From positions 9,936 through 73,935 of the forward strand of contig DATDOE010000031.1 in the NCBI GenBank assembly GCA_035293405.1: a DNA stretch of 64,000 nt. The letters are read 5' to 3'. Under the pieces are notes generated by a model that was given only the letters and a program-made list of their open reading frames with translations, was not told the origin of the DNA and did not search any database. The number at the start of each line of letters is the position of its first letter. The stretch's first letter is position 1. Positions 21,421 through 30,210 of the stretch are shown piece after piece. The translations under genes and the position numbers were made by a program. This DNA is from Vicinamibacterales bacterium. GTDB taxonomy: Bacteria > Acidobacteriota > Vicinamibacteria > Vicinamibacterales > UBA2999.

Positions 21421-22908
21421 CTATTTCCTGCCAAGCGATGCCAGGATATCAGCCCGCGTGGCCAGGCGATCAGGATTCAGCGAGTGAACCGACAGGATCT
21501 TCTCGGGGTCGAGCTTGAGTCGATCCAGGTTGTCGAGGAAGGTCATGGTACCGACGACCGGGGGATTGGGGACCGGGTTCGTCGCGGTCGGGAGATTGAA
21601 CATGTCCGCGTAGGCCAGGATCTTCTCCTTGGGCAGATACGCGATCAGCAGGCCGTCGGCGTGTGGCAGCCCCTTGATCAGGTGCACTTCGACCGTGCGC
21701 GTGGCGTCCTGGAACACCCGCTTGTCGCCGACGATGCCCTCGATCACCGGCTTCTTGCCGGACTTCGACATCGAGTCCGGAGCGAGCGTCCGAGGCGCGC
21801 CGAGCGCGCGCTCGAAGAAGGCCTTGTTGGTCTGGTGCGTGACGATCGTGATGCCTTCCGCGACGACGGCGGGAAGGCCGCTGGTGTGGTCGAAGTGGTG
21901 ATGCGATATCACCCCGTAACGGATCGGCTTGTTCGGGATCACCTTCTTCGTTTCGGCGATGATCGCCTGCGCCCGTGCCTCGTTCGCCGGCCCCGGCTCG
22001 AAGAGGAAGATGTGATCGGCAAACTCGACGGCGAGCGCGTTGTACGCCCCGCCTCCTGGATTCTGCCCGATGCGATAGACGCCTTCGGCGAGCTTCTCCG
22101 AGGCCGCCACCGGCGGTGTCGCACCTGGTCCGCCTGGACCTCCCGGGCCGCCGCCACGTCCCGCCGGCGGAGGCGGAGGTGTCAGGAGCGCCTGGATGTT
22201 GGCGGGGTTGGCATTCGCGCCGAGGATCTGTGCCTCGAAGGTCGGCGAACCTCCGCGCTTCTGAACGATGAACGCCGGGTACTTCAGGCCGTTGGCGTCG
22301 CGATACTCGGTGTAGATCGACTCGACGAGCATGTCGCCGAACACAGGGTTTTCCAGCCAGGTCTCGACCCGCTCCACCATGTTCGCCGGGTTGATGTAGC
22401 CGACGACCTTATAGGCCACACCCGACGGCGCCTTCACCGGCGCATTCCAGGTGACGACCTGGAAACGCCGCCCGCCGATGGTCTGCGTCTTCGCGGTCGC
22501 GTTGTTGGCCGCGGCGCCCTTCAGGAATCCCCAGGGCGTGACCCAGATCTCCAGCTGCTGCGCCCAAGCCGCATTGGCGGGCGCAATATTCTGCTGAAAC
22601 TGACCCTGCACCGCGGGACCTCCGGTCACCGGGGCGGCAAACGTGACGCCGCTTGCGCGGGAGGCGGGCTGGGTGAAGTCGATCGACCGCACGTAATCGC
22701 TCACGTTGGTTCGCGGCCACTGTCCGTTGGCGTTGTTGGACTGCCCCAGACCGAAGTTGGCGCCCGACCCGTAATAGCTCACCGAATTCAGGTTGTCGCT
22801 GCCCATCGCCTTCGACGCGTTGCTGATGACCGTCTTGGCGTCCTGGGCGGCCGCGTCCGCCGACACCAGACCCACCAGGGCGACGGCAGCGATCCACGTT
22901 CTCGTCAT
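21421..22908 (-). CDS. Secreted MBL-fold metallo-hydrolase with an N-terminal domain I could not classify
   Basis: The ATG at 22908 follows GGAGGAG. Signal peptide MTRTWIAAVALVGLVSADAAAQ. Intact HxHxDH motif (VISHHHFDHTSG) and PHADG. A PPPPPAGRGGGPGGPGGPG linker joins the two domains. Confidence 0.75.
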   Translation of the reverse strand: MTRTWIAAVALVGLVSADAAAQDAKTVISNASKAMGSDNLNSVSYYGSGANFGLGQSNNANGQWPRTNVSDYVRSIDFTQPASRASGVTFAAPVTGGPAVQGQFQQNIAPANAAWAQQLEIWVTPWGFLKGAAANNATAKTQTIGGRRFQVVTWNAPVKAPSGVAYKVVGYINPANMVERVETWLENPVFGDMLVESIYTEYRDANGLKYPAFIVQKRGGSPTFEAQILGANANPANIQALLTPPPPPAGRGGGPGGPGGPGATPPVAASEKLAEGVYRIGQNPGGGAYNALAVEFADHIFLFEPGPANEARAQAIIAETKKVIPNKPIRYGVISHHHFDHTSGLPAVVAEGITIVTHQTNKAFFERALGAPRTLAPDSMSKSGKKPVIEGIVGDKRVFQDATRTVEVHLIKGLPHADGLLIAYLPKEKILAYADMFNLPTATNPVPNPPVVGTMTFLDNLDRLKLDPEKILSVHSLNPDRLATRADILASLGRK

Positions 22909-22922
22909 GATCTCCTCCGATG

Positions 22923-22979
22923 GCGCCGCCGACATCGGCGGCGCGAGCGTCCCCGCGACGGATCACGTCGCGGGGCTAC
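22923..22979 (-). terminator. Two GC-rich hairpins downstream of the fae-mtdB-ATP-grasp operon (terminator-like, no U-tract)
   Basis: GCGCCGCCGACATCGGCGGCGC (22923-22944) and GTCCCCGCGACGGATCACGTCGCGGGGCTAC (22949-22979). Confidence 0.4.
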
Positions 22980-23032
22980 ATTATGTCGTCGCGCGTTTCT
23001 GCTCAAGGGTTAGTTGCAGGCGCGCACCCGGC

Positions 23033-24238
23033 CTACGCTCGCCGCGCAAGCGCCTCGTAGACCGCGTCGGCACGCCGCACCAGCGCGGCGTGGCAGGCCG
23101 CCGCATCGATCCCTTCCGCGAACACGGTACATACGGGCTCACCGGCCGAGATGCGCGTGCCGGGGAACGGCACGTCCCTTACCGTCGCATCGGCCAGCCA
23201 GGGCCGTGTATCGCCAGCGATCACCTCGGCACGGGCGAACACAACCGCCTTGCCGATCGCCGATCCCGGACCAGGGGCGGCGGCCAGGTCGAACGTGGGC
23301 AGGGCCCCGGTGCGGCACGCGGTCGCGTGGGCAGCGAACAGCGACATCCCGCAGGCGCGCTCCACCAGCTCCATCGACGCCGACCAGCGCGGGTTGACCT
23401 CCAGCACATACGGAACACCGTCCCGGACGATGAAGTCGATGCCGTTGAGACCGACGAGACCGAACTCGCCGGCCACGTGGCGGGTCAGCTCGCTCACCGC
23501 GTTCGTCACGGCATCATTCATCAGCGCATCGCCGGCTGTGGCGAGCACATTTCCGCAATAGCGATATCCGGAGGTCCCGAATGCCGCCTCCCCGATGAAC
23601 TGCCTCGAGATGCCGAGTGGCGTCGCGCGGCCACCGGCGGCAACGAAGACGATCGACGCCGGCGTGCCATCGATGACTTCCTGCGCGTAGCAGCCCTTAG
23701 GCACGCGTTCGCCTGGCAACCAGCGGCGAACGCCATGGCCGCCGCCGGATTTGAAGGGCTTGATCAGCCAATCGTTCGGACCGTTCGGACCGTTCGGACC
23801 GTTCGGATCGTTCGGATCGTTCGGGTCGCTTGCCGCGCCGAAGCCGTGAGGCGAAGGCGGGTTCGAAACGTTCGGAACTGCGAAGCCGCGTGAGCGTAGC
23901 GCGGCCGCGACGAGGAATGGATCGCGGACGCGGCGAAGCACGTCGGGCGGATTTCCCCACAGCTCGCGTCCGGCGGCCAACTGGGCGACGGCGCCCGGAT
24001 GATTCTCGAGGCTCGACAGGTAGGCGACCGCGTCGCACTCCACGCTTCGCGAGGCACGCGCGGCCGCGCGTGCGGTGAAGCGCAATCCGAAGTCTCGCGG
24101 GAGCGAGAGGCCGCGCACCGACGGATGCTGATCGAGATCGCCGAACGCATCGATCGCCGTGACGTCGAACCCGGCGTTCGCCGCCGATTCGGCCGCGGCC
24201 CTCGTGGAGATGCCGGCGAGCAGGACGTGCGCCGCCAC
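23033..24238 (-). CDS. ATP-grasp domain protein (H4MPT/methanofuran-cluster associated)
   Basis: Overall ATP-grasp pattern (LIKPFKSGGGHGV, GLNGIDFIV, EVNPRWS). Sits in the fae-mtdB operon. Carries an in-frame 9-nt repeat insertion (DPNDPNDPNGPNGPNGPND). Confidence 0.7.
   Translation of the reverse strand: MAAHVLLAGISTRAAAESAANAGFDVTAIDAFGDLDQHPSVRGLSLPRDFGLRFTARAAARASRSVECDAVAYLSSLENHPGAVAQLAAGRELWGNPPDVLRRVRDPFLVAAALRSRGFAVPNVSNPPSPHGFGAASDPNDPNDPNGPNGPNGPNDWLIKPFKSGGGHGVRRWLPGERVPKGCYAQEVIDGTPASIVFVAAGGRATPLGISRQFIGEAAFGTSGYRYCGNVLATAGDALMNDAVTNAVSELTRHVAGEFGLVGLNGIDFIVRDGVPYVLEVNPRWSASMELVERACGMSLFAAHATACRTGALPTFDLAAAPGPGSAIGKAVVFARAEVIAGDTRPWLADATVRDVPFPGTRISAGEPVCTVFAEGIDAAACHAALVRRADAVYEALARRA
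23771..23824. repeat. Six tandem 9-nt units (AYCGTTCGG) inside the ATP-grasp CDS
   Basis: ATCGTTCGG ACCGTTCGG x3 ATCGTTCGG x2. Translated on the minus strand as (PND/PNG)n. The same unit occurs intergenically at 49245-49289. Confidence 0.9.
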
Positions 24239-24245
24239 TAGGAGC

Positions 24246-25334
24246 CTAGTCGATCCCGAGGCGTGCGCGCGCCTGTGCCGGCGTGATCACGAACAGGTGG
24301 TCGAGTACCGTGCCTCGAGCTCCTCGCATGTCGAGCGTCTCGACGAGCGACGCCGATCGGCCGCCGGCGAGGCCGTCGGCGATGAGCGCCGCACCCTGTG
24401 CCGCCTGACTCGACACCGCCGCGAACCCGCCGAGCGCGTGCATCGTCGCCCCGCTCACGACCTGGGCACGTCGATGCGCCAGTGCGTCGCGCACGCGCGC
24501 AAGACCGGCTGCGCGGCCCGACAGGATGATCTCATGGGGCGTCGGCACCGATACCGTCAATGCCGCCACCGCTTTGACCGCGCTCTCCACGTAGGCGTCC
24601 CACGCGATCGCGGCCTGCGACGTCTCGGATGCGGCCAGGGCGTCAACCGGCGCACCCGGCGCGCCTGCTACCGCGTCGACGCCGCCGCGAAACACCATGC
24701 TCTTCGTGACGGTGCCGGCGAGCAACGCGACTTCCCCGTCGAGCGCGCCGGCGGCACGCATGCCGATCGGACCCGACGATCCACCCAGCCCGTCAACGAT
24801 CGTGCCGGCGTCAACGGCGATGGCGGCGGTGAAGGCCCCACCGAGCTCGAGCAGGATGAACGAGACGTCCCGCTCCTGACATCCGCGCCGCCCGGCCTGC
24901 TCCCGGATGGCCAGCGCGCACGCGCACACCTTGTCGGCCGTCCCCATGTCCACGCGGTTCACCTTGCGGTGCGCCGGCACGGAAGCCAAGTGGATCACAC
25001 CTGGCGTCAACATGACTGGCATCGACACGCGCGCAAGCCGTCGCGCGAGCGCACGCAACCCGCCGATGCCCCCCGTCTCGCCTTCGGCGGCGAGGTAGGC
25101 GAGCCGCAGATCGGTCTCGGTGAGATCGCGTGCGGCGGTGAGCGGCAGACCGTAGCCTGACGGTCCGACCACCAGATCGATCGGCGCCAGACTCTCGAGG
25201 AGATCGGGGATCACCGAGGGCGACGCGAGCGCCTCGGACGTCGGCAGCGAGCGATCAAGAAACACCCGGCCATCGTCCAGTCCGCACAGATCGACGCTGA
25301 GGGTGCCTGGATCGATGCCAATGACTCTGGGCAT
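24246..25334 (-). CDS. DUF1464-like ASKHA-fold (sugar/acetate-kinase-like) protein
   Basis: The N-terminal MPRVIGIDPGT phosphate-1 motif is typical of the ASKHA fold. Gene position matches the uncharacterised H4MPT-pathway-associated genes seen in methylotroph clusters. The family label is from memory. Confidence 0.55.
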   Translation of the reverse strand: MPRVIGIDPGTLSVDLCGLDDGRVFLDRSLPTSEALASPSVIPDLLESLAPIDLVVGPSGYGLPLTAARDLTETDLRLAYLAAEGETGGIGGLRALARRLARVSMPVMLTPGVIHLASVPAHRKVNRVDMGTADKVCACALAIREQAGRRGCQERDVSFILLELGGAFTAAIAVDAGTIVDGLGGSSGPIGMRAAGALDGEVALLAGTVTKSMVFRGGVDAVAGAPGAPVDALAASETSQAAIAWDAYVESAVKAVAALTVSVPTPHEIILSGRAAGLARVRDALAHRRAQVVSGATMHALGGFAAVSSQAAQGAALIADGLAGGRSASLVETLDMRGARGTVLDHLFVITPAQARARLGID

Positions 25335-25348
25335 TGGGACTTCGGTCG

Positions 25349-25466
25349 TAATGCAAGATTCAAAATGCAAAATGCAAACAGGATGCGAACGCCGCTGCAG
25401 CTAGCCGGTTGCGCCGCCTTGTTCGGCCGCTGAATTTTTGCATTTTGAATTTTGCATTTTGAATTA
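25349..25466. repeat. Inverted tandem-heptamer array (AATGCAA/ATTCAAA family) between mtdB and the DUF1464-like gene
   Basis: Left arm TAATGCAAGATTCAAAATGCAAAATGCAAA (25349-25378). Right arm 25437-25466 ends with the complement of the mtdB TAA stop. Confidence 0.9.
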
Positions 25467-26336
25467 CGACGAGCGAGCACCAGCGAGCTCGCGAGCGATC
25501 TCCGCGATCGTTTCGGCATCGAGCACGTGATCGTTCTTCTCGAACAGACGGGCGATGCAGGCCTTGTGGATCTTCATCTTCAGGCTGCCGATGCCGAGTG
25601 CGCCGAACGTCGTCACGCCGCCGCGATCGACGGCGTTGTCGGTGACCTCGATGCCGTCCACGCCGAGCGGCGGAACGGCGTTGACGTCGGCCGCCACCTT
25701 CAGACCTGGGCGGCCCGTCCAGGCGTCGCGCGGAACGAGGCAGACGCCGCCAGCGCCTGCGCTCAGCAACACTTCCGCACCGTCGAGCGCCAAGGCGGCA
25801 CCCGACGCGTCGGCCATGGTCACCTCGCGAACCGTGACGCCGAATCGCTGTTGGATTCGCTCGGCGAGACTGCCGTCCACCGGCCGGCGTGTCGTGACGG
25901 TGACATCGGCACCCGCTTTCGCGAGGAGACCGGCCGCGCGCATCCCGACCGGCCCAGAGCCGGCGACGATCACGACGCGACGGCCCTCGATGGTGCCGGC
26001 TGCCTGTTGAATCCTGGCCACCGCCGCGACGGCGGTGGTGTTCGAGCCGTTCGAGTCGAGCATCACGGACACGCGCAGCGGACCGAAAAAGGCCTTCTTC
26101 ACCTTTGCGAGCAGGCGCTCGCCGATCGCCATGTCCGTTCCGCCGATGAAGATCGCGGTGTTGTGAAGGTCCCTGGGCCCACGCGTGAAGATCGCGCCGT
26201 GCACGAGGTCGCGGACGGCGTCTTCAGTGACACCGCCGTAGCTCATGACCTCGTCGGCGCCGCCGTCGTAGGCCACGACGCGGTCGAACGCGCTGGGATG
26301 CTGGGAGCTATCGAGTTGAAGGAGAAGCTTTCGCAC
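25464..26336 (-). CDS. mtdB: NAD(P)-dependent methylene-tetrahydromethanopterin dehydrogenase (MtdA/MtdB family)
   Basis: KLLLQLDSSQHPSAFDRVVAYDGGADEVMSYGGVT...TAIFIGGTDMAIGERLL.KVKK.FFGPLRVSVMLDSNGSNTTA closely parallels Methylobacterium MtdA/B. I propose the GTG at 26336 as start, since the track ORF upstream runs through a palindromic element. That gives about 290 aa. Confidence 0.85.
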   Translation of the reverse strand: MRKLLLQLDSSQHPSAFDRVVAYDGGADEVMSYGGVTEDAVRDLVHGAIFTRGPRDLHNTAIFIGGTDMAIGERLLAKVKKAFFGPLRVSVMLDSNGSNTTAVAAVARIQQAAGTIEGRRVVIVAGSGPVGMRAAGLLAKAGADVTVTTRRPVDGSLAERIQQRFGVTVREVTMADASGAALALDGAEVLLSAGAGGVCLVPRDAWTGRPGLKVAADVNAVPPLGVDGIEVTDNAVDRGGVTTFGALGIGSLKMKIHKACIARLFEKNDHVLDAETIAEIARELAGARSS

Positions 26337-26356
26337 GGCGTGACCGGGGAATCGAC

Positions 26357-26384
26357 GTAGGGGCGACGCATGCGTCGCCCCTAC
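26357..26384. repeat. Perfect 28-nt palindrome GTAGGGGCGACGCATGCGTCGCCCCTAC (REP-like) between fae and mtdB
   Basis: An identical copy lies at 34723-34750. Confidence 0.9.
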
Positions 26385-26394
26385 ACGTCCATCA

Positions 26395-26898
26395 TTACTT
26401 GGGGCTGAACGGGTGCTTCTGCGTCTTCGAGCCGGCAATCACCTCGTTGACCGACGGCTTCTTGCCGAGCGCCCGGGCGATCGATTCTTTGGTCGCCGTG
26501 TAGTTGTAGTCGTAGATCTTCTGGTCGTCGCTCGCGTCCCAGTGGATGAAGACGCCCACGAGGATGCAGAGATCGTCGGCCTTGTCGCGCGGGATGACGC
26601 CGCTCTCGACGGAATCGACCACGGCGCGGGCCACCGCCGCCTGCGCGGGTCCGAACATCTGGACGGCCTGCTTCGCGCCCTTGATCGTGACCTTGTTGAA
26701 GAGCAGGGTGTCGGGCTTGGCCGGCAGGTTCGGCGCGACCACTGCGAGCAAGGTCGTGAAGCCGTCCTTGTTGTTCGCAAGCGCGTTGCAAAATGCGGAA
26801 CCGGCAGGCCCCGTCTTGGAGCCAATGATCAGGTCGATGTGCGCTACCTCGTTGCCATCGCCGACCAGCGACTCACCGAGAAAGAAGTCTGCTGCCAT
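26395..26898 (-). CDS. fae: Formaldehyde-activating enzyme
   Basis: [19 protein letters not shown]...LLAV.APNLP.KP.TL.FNKVTI...[10 protein letters not shown]...[11 protein letters not shown] nearly matches the M. extorquens Fae consensus. Length 167 aa. Confidence 0.92.
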   Translation of the reverse strand: MAADFFLGESLVGDGNEVAHIDLIIGSKTGPAGSAFCNALANNKDGFTTLLAVVAPNLPAKPDTLLFNKVTIKGAKQAVQMFGPAQAAVARAVVDSVESGVIPRDKADDLCILVGVFIHWDASDDQKIYDYNYTATKESIARALGKKPSVNEVIAGSKTQKHPFSPK

Positions 26899-27019
26899 GT
26901 CGAAGAACTCCTGTCAGGAAGAGTGAGTAAATGTCTGGTCGTGCACGTCTCGCCATGCGACGACGGGGCACGCCAGGAGCCGAGAGAGTCTATCACCACG
27001 CAAGGGGGAAGTGGTTCCT

Positions 27020-27778
27020 TCAGCGCGACGAGCAGGGCGTGGGATTCCAGCCGACCGCGTTCGGAAGCTTCTTGAAGTCTGAAGTAGTCAGGTAGTACCT
27101 GTTGAAATAAACCGGATCCTCGACCTTCGTCGTCACCGTCATCCACTGGTCGCCGTTGGGCGCCGTGTTGAGATCGTAGTACTCGGTGACCACCGTTTTC
27201 TGGCTGTAGGGAGCGCCGTTCTTGCGGACGTAGCCGGGGCGCAGGTTGGACGTCACCACTTTCACGTTACCGGTGCGCGCCTGGCCGCCTCGTCCTCCGC
27301 CTCCAAATTCCCACTCGGCGATCGAGTGCCCCTGCCAGCTCGGCTCACCTGGCGCCGCCGCCGCAGCCGTGCCGAAGCGGAGCAGGCGGGTTTGTGTGCC
27401 GGCGTCGGTGTCGATGCGAAGTGTATTGGCGTCTTCCCACGAGATGTGCAGACGCCCGGGGAGTCGCATCACGTTGGCGGCGCCGTAGGCACGGCACTGC
27501 TCGCCAGCGGTCTCATCCCTCGCGGGATCCCAACTGTCGGCGACCTTACGCGCTTCGGCGTTGAGCGGCAGCGAGTCGTAGACCCCCTTCTTCGGGGTGA
27601 CCATGCGCCACTTCCAGTCCTCGTTGATGACCGAGACCCAATAGCCCGTGAGATCGAGCGCCGCCGCTTCGCGCGCCGCTGGTGGCGGCCCACCGCGCCC
27701 GCCACCCCGCTGAGCGTGGAGGGTGCCGGAACCGGCAAGCAGGACGGCTAGCGCGATGATCACGAACCACGGAGACAC
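27020..27778 (-). CDS. Secreted hypothetical protein (DGRPH-family paralog)
   Basis: Signal-like SPWFVIIALAVLLAGSGTLHAQ follows the GTG at 27778. The track ORF start at 27889 would read through the 8-mer hairpin array and overlap the upstream gene. The start remains uncertain. Confidence 0.5.
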   Translation of the reverse strand: MSPWFVIIALAVLLAGSGTLHAQRGGGRGGPPPAAREAAALDLTGYWVSVINEDWKWRMVTPKKGVYDSLPLNAEARKVADSWDPARDETAGEQCRAYGAANVMRLPGRLHISWEDANTLRIDTDAGTQTRLLRFGTAAAAAPGEPSWQGHSIAEWEFGGGGRGGQARTGNVKVVTSNLRPGYVRKNGAPYSQKTVVTEYYDLNTAPNGDQWMTVTTKVEDPVYFNRYYLTTSDFKKLPNAVGWNPTPCSSR

Positions 27779-27831
27779 GGAGGCACGGAGACCAAAATCT
27801 TGAAGACCTCCGTGTCTCCGCGTCTCCGTGG
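27768..27831. repeat. Inverted tandem-octamer array (CACGGAGR x3 / complementary x3)
   Basis: CACGGAGACACGGAGGCACGGAGA ... CCTCCGTGTCTCCGCGTCTCCGTG, between two co-directional genes. Confidence 0.85.
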
Positions 27832-27845
27832 CCCGTGAGGGTGAC

Positions 27846-28241
27846 TTAGTCAACGGCTTCACCGGTGCGACTGCCCCAGCTGAATCCATCGAGCGGCCGC
27901 CTGAGGCTGAGCATCAGCGCCCGGTACTCGCCGGGCACGCGCGACGGGCGTCCGGTGATGGTGATGAGATCGCCGACCTTGAGCGTCTCTCGCTGGACAC
28001 CCTGATTGCCCAGTTGCGCCGTGCCGGCCCATTCCACGGCCCACCGCTGCGCCGCGCCTTTGTCGTCGCGCGCCTCGATGTGCACGAAGGAATGTGGATT
28101 GCGGAGCACGAACTGAACCAGCTTCCCTTCGAGCTTGACCTCCCTGGTGACGTCGTAGGTCGCCGCATAGGAGTGGTGCGCGTACGCCGCGGTGGCCGTG
28201 ACGAGCGCCGTGCCGATAACGAGAAGAAGCAGTCTACGCAT
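27846..28241 (-). CDS. Small periplasmic HHS-motif protein (DUF6152-like), paralog of 9612-10007
   Basis: The ATG at 28241 follows AGGAGA. Signal peptide MRRLLLLVIGTALVTATAAYA/HHSYAATYD. It shares NPH and RETLK.GD..TI with the paralog. Confidence 0.6.
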   Translation of the reverse strand: MRRLLLLVIGTALVTATAAYAHHSYAATYDVTREVKLEGKLVQFVLRNPHSFVHIEARDDKGAAQRWAVEWAGTAQLGNQGVQRETLKVGDLITITGRPSRVPGEYRALMLSLRRPLDGFSWGSRTGEAVD

Positions 28242-30202
28242 CACTTTTTCTCCTGAAGACTCGAATACACCGACTCGACGAACATGTCCGTGGTCCAGGC
28301 ACCGGTCGTCGATCCGTAACGCCCGTCGAAGTCCATGGTCGGCCGGGCCGCCTTCACCTGCGCGAGCGTCATGCCCTTGCCCATCATGTCCTTCACGCGA
28401 TCGCGAATCATCGTCAGCATGTTTCGGTACGACGCGACATCGGCCGTATCCGACAACCGTCCCCGGCCGGGAATGATCCACGTGCCGCCCTGCGCGCGAT
28501 ACTCAGCCACAGCCAGATCGAGAATCTGATTCAGGCCGTCAATGACGCCCTTGATACTACCGCCCCTGGCCACGTCGATCACCGGATAGCTGACGGTTGA
28601 AAACAGGTCGCCGGCACTGATGACCTCCGAGTGACGGAAGAACACCAGGCTGTCGCCGTCGGAGGTGGCGGCCGGCGCGTGGTAGACGATCACGGCCTCG
28701 CCGTTGAAATACTCGGGCAGCTTGTGGAACTCGTCGAAGTAGGTGTCGGTGGGCCAGGCCGCCGCCGGCGTGGGCTGGACCTTGCCGGCCGGAGCGCTCA
28801 TCCGGTTGAGCACGTTCTCGTGCGCGATCACGGAGGCGCGAGGCCCCACGTTCTCGACCGCCCCGCCGAACTGGCCACCGCGTGGGAAGAAGCCGGTGGT
28901 GGCGATCTTCTCATTGCCGCCGATGCGATCGGGCGCGGCGCTGGTGTTGATGATGTAGCGCAGCGGCTTCGCCGGAGCCGGCGAGCTGATCACCGCGCTC
29001 ATGTACGGGCTGGCCCATCCCCACATCCCCGGACAATGCGCACCGAAGCACGCATTCGTCGTCGGCGCAGCCGAAACGGCCTTCGCCAGCTGGCCGACGG
29101 CCGCGAGGATCTTGTCCGACATCTTCGCCGAGCCGGTATCGACCAGCATCACTCCATCAGCACCGAGCGAGATGGCGATGTTGGTGCCGTCCGCAACGAC
29201 CATATAGATGTTGCCCTGCACCGGCAGGATGTGCACGTCTCCGTCGCGCGGACTCTGATCCGCGATGCGCTTGTCCACGGCGTTGGCCGAACGAGACGAA
29301 GGCACTTTGAGATCGGTGAGGGCGACCGTCTTGTTCAACGTCGCTCGATACTCTGGATAGAGAGTCTTCACCCCCCCACGCGTAGGCTCCGCCGGTACCC
29401 AGTCCGACGTCTTCAACCATTCGCCGAGCGCGCTGTTCTGCCCCGGGAGAAAGTGCGGCACCCAATGCCGGTCAGTTCCGCCGTTCTCGGCAAACGACGA
29501 GGCATTGCATGTCTCCATGGCCACCGACGCGGTGGGATCGATCGTGTAGGTGGTTGATTCGACGTACGGCTCGTCCTGATAGATCGGGTCGTCCACCACG
29601 GTGACGATGGTCAGGATCTCGCCGTGGCGGGTGATGAACTCGGTCATCGAGTACATGTCGCTGGTCTGTGGGCCACCTCGCTTGAGATACCCGTCCTTGA
29701 GATGAGTGGTGGTGACTTTGAGCGTGTTGCCAACCCACTGGCCCGTCGAAAAGCCAGTCCAGGTGTGCGGCGCGTATGCCGGTGGATGCGGGCGGCCGTC
29801 CATGAAGATCGGCCGATCCAGCGACCGCATGAACTGGACGTGATACACGCTGACGTTCCTCGTCAGCGGATCCTGCTCCTTGAGGATGCGCGCGCCGCCG
29901 AGACCGCGCCACTGGTGAGGCGCCGAGTGCGGCCGGCACTGATACTCCGGCGTTCCCCAAATCGACTCGGCGGTGGTGTCGGCACGCTGACGGCCCGCAT
30001 CGTTGAAGGGAATGCCCAGATAGTCGCCCAGCGGGGGCTGAGCGGTCGTGTCCTGCTCGTTGTTATCCAGGCGCCACTCGCCGGCGATGTCCGGCGGAAT
30101 CTGCGGCCGCGCCGGCTGGGCGGACGCGGGGACGCTGGCCATCAGGGCGAGCGCCAGCAGAACAGGAATTGCGGCAGTCTTTGAGTGCGTGGATGAATTC
30201 AT
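28241..30202 (-). CDS. Secreted fusion protein: DGRPH-family N-terminal domain plus degenerate MBL-fold C-terminal domain
   Basis: The ATG at 30202 follows GAGGA. Signal peptide MNSSTHSKTAAIPVLLALALMASVPASAQ. The N-terminal half carries QCRPHS...MDGRPHP...GNTLKVTTTHL. The C-terminal half aligns by eye to the MBL protein at 21421, but HxHxDH is replaced by NTSAAPDR. Confidence 0.6.
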   Translation of the reverse strand: MNSSTHSKTAAIPVLLALALMASVPASAQPARPQIPPDIAGEWRLDNNEQDTTAQPPLGDYLGIPFNDAGRQRADTTAESIWGTPEYQCRPHSAPHQWRGLGGARILKEQDPLTRNVSVYHVQFMRSLDRPIFMDGRPHPPAYAPHTWTGFSTGQWVGNTLKVTTTHLKDGYLKRGGPQTSDMYSMTEFITRHGEILTIVTVVDDPIYQDEPYVESTTYTIDPTASVAMETCNASSFAENGGTDRHWVPHFLPGQNSALGEWLKTSDWVPAEPTRGGVKTLYPEYRATLNKTVALTDLKVPSSRSANAVDKRIADQSPRDGDVHILPVQGNIYMVVADGTNIAISLGADGVMLVDTGSAKMSDKILAAVGQLAKAVSAAPTTNACFGAHCPGMWGWASPYMSAVISSPAPAKPLRYIINTSAAPDRIGGNEKIATTGFFPRGGQFGGAVENVGPRASVIAHENVLNRMSAPAGKVQPTPAAAWPTDTYFDEFHKLPEYFNGEAVIVYHAPAATSDGDSLVFFRHSEVISAGDLFSTVSYPVIDVARGGSIKGVIDGLNQILDLAVAEYRAQGGTWIIPGRGRLSDTADVASYRNMLTMIRDRVKDMMGKGMTLAQVKAARPTMDFDGRYGSTTGAWTTDMFVESVYSSLQEKK

Positions 30203-30210
30203 ACAAGTCC

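Noticed and set aside
23771-23824. Disruption or pseudogenisation of the ATP-grasp gene by the 9-nt repeat.
   Set aside because: The repeat length is a multiple of three, and the ORF remains open with ATP-grasp motifs on both sides. The gene is called intact.
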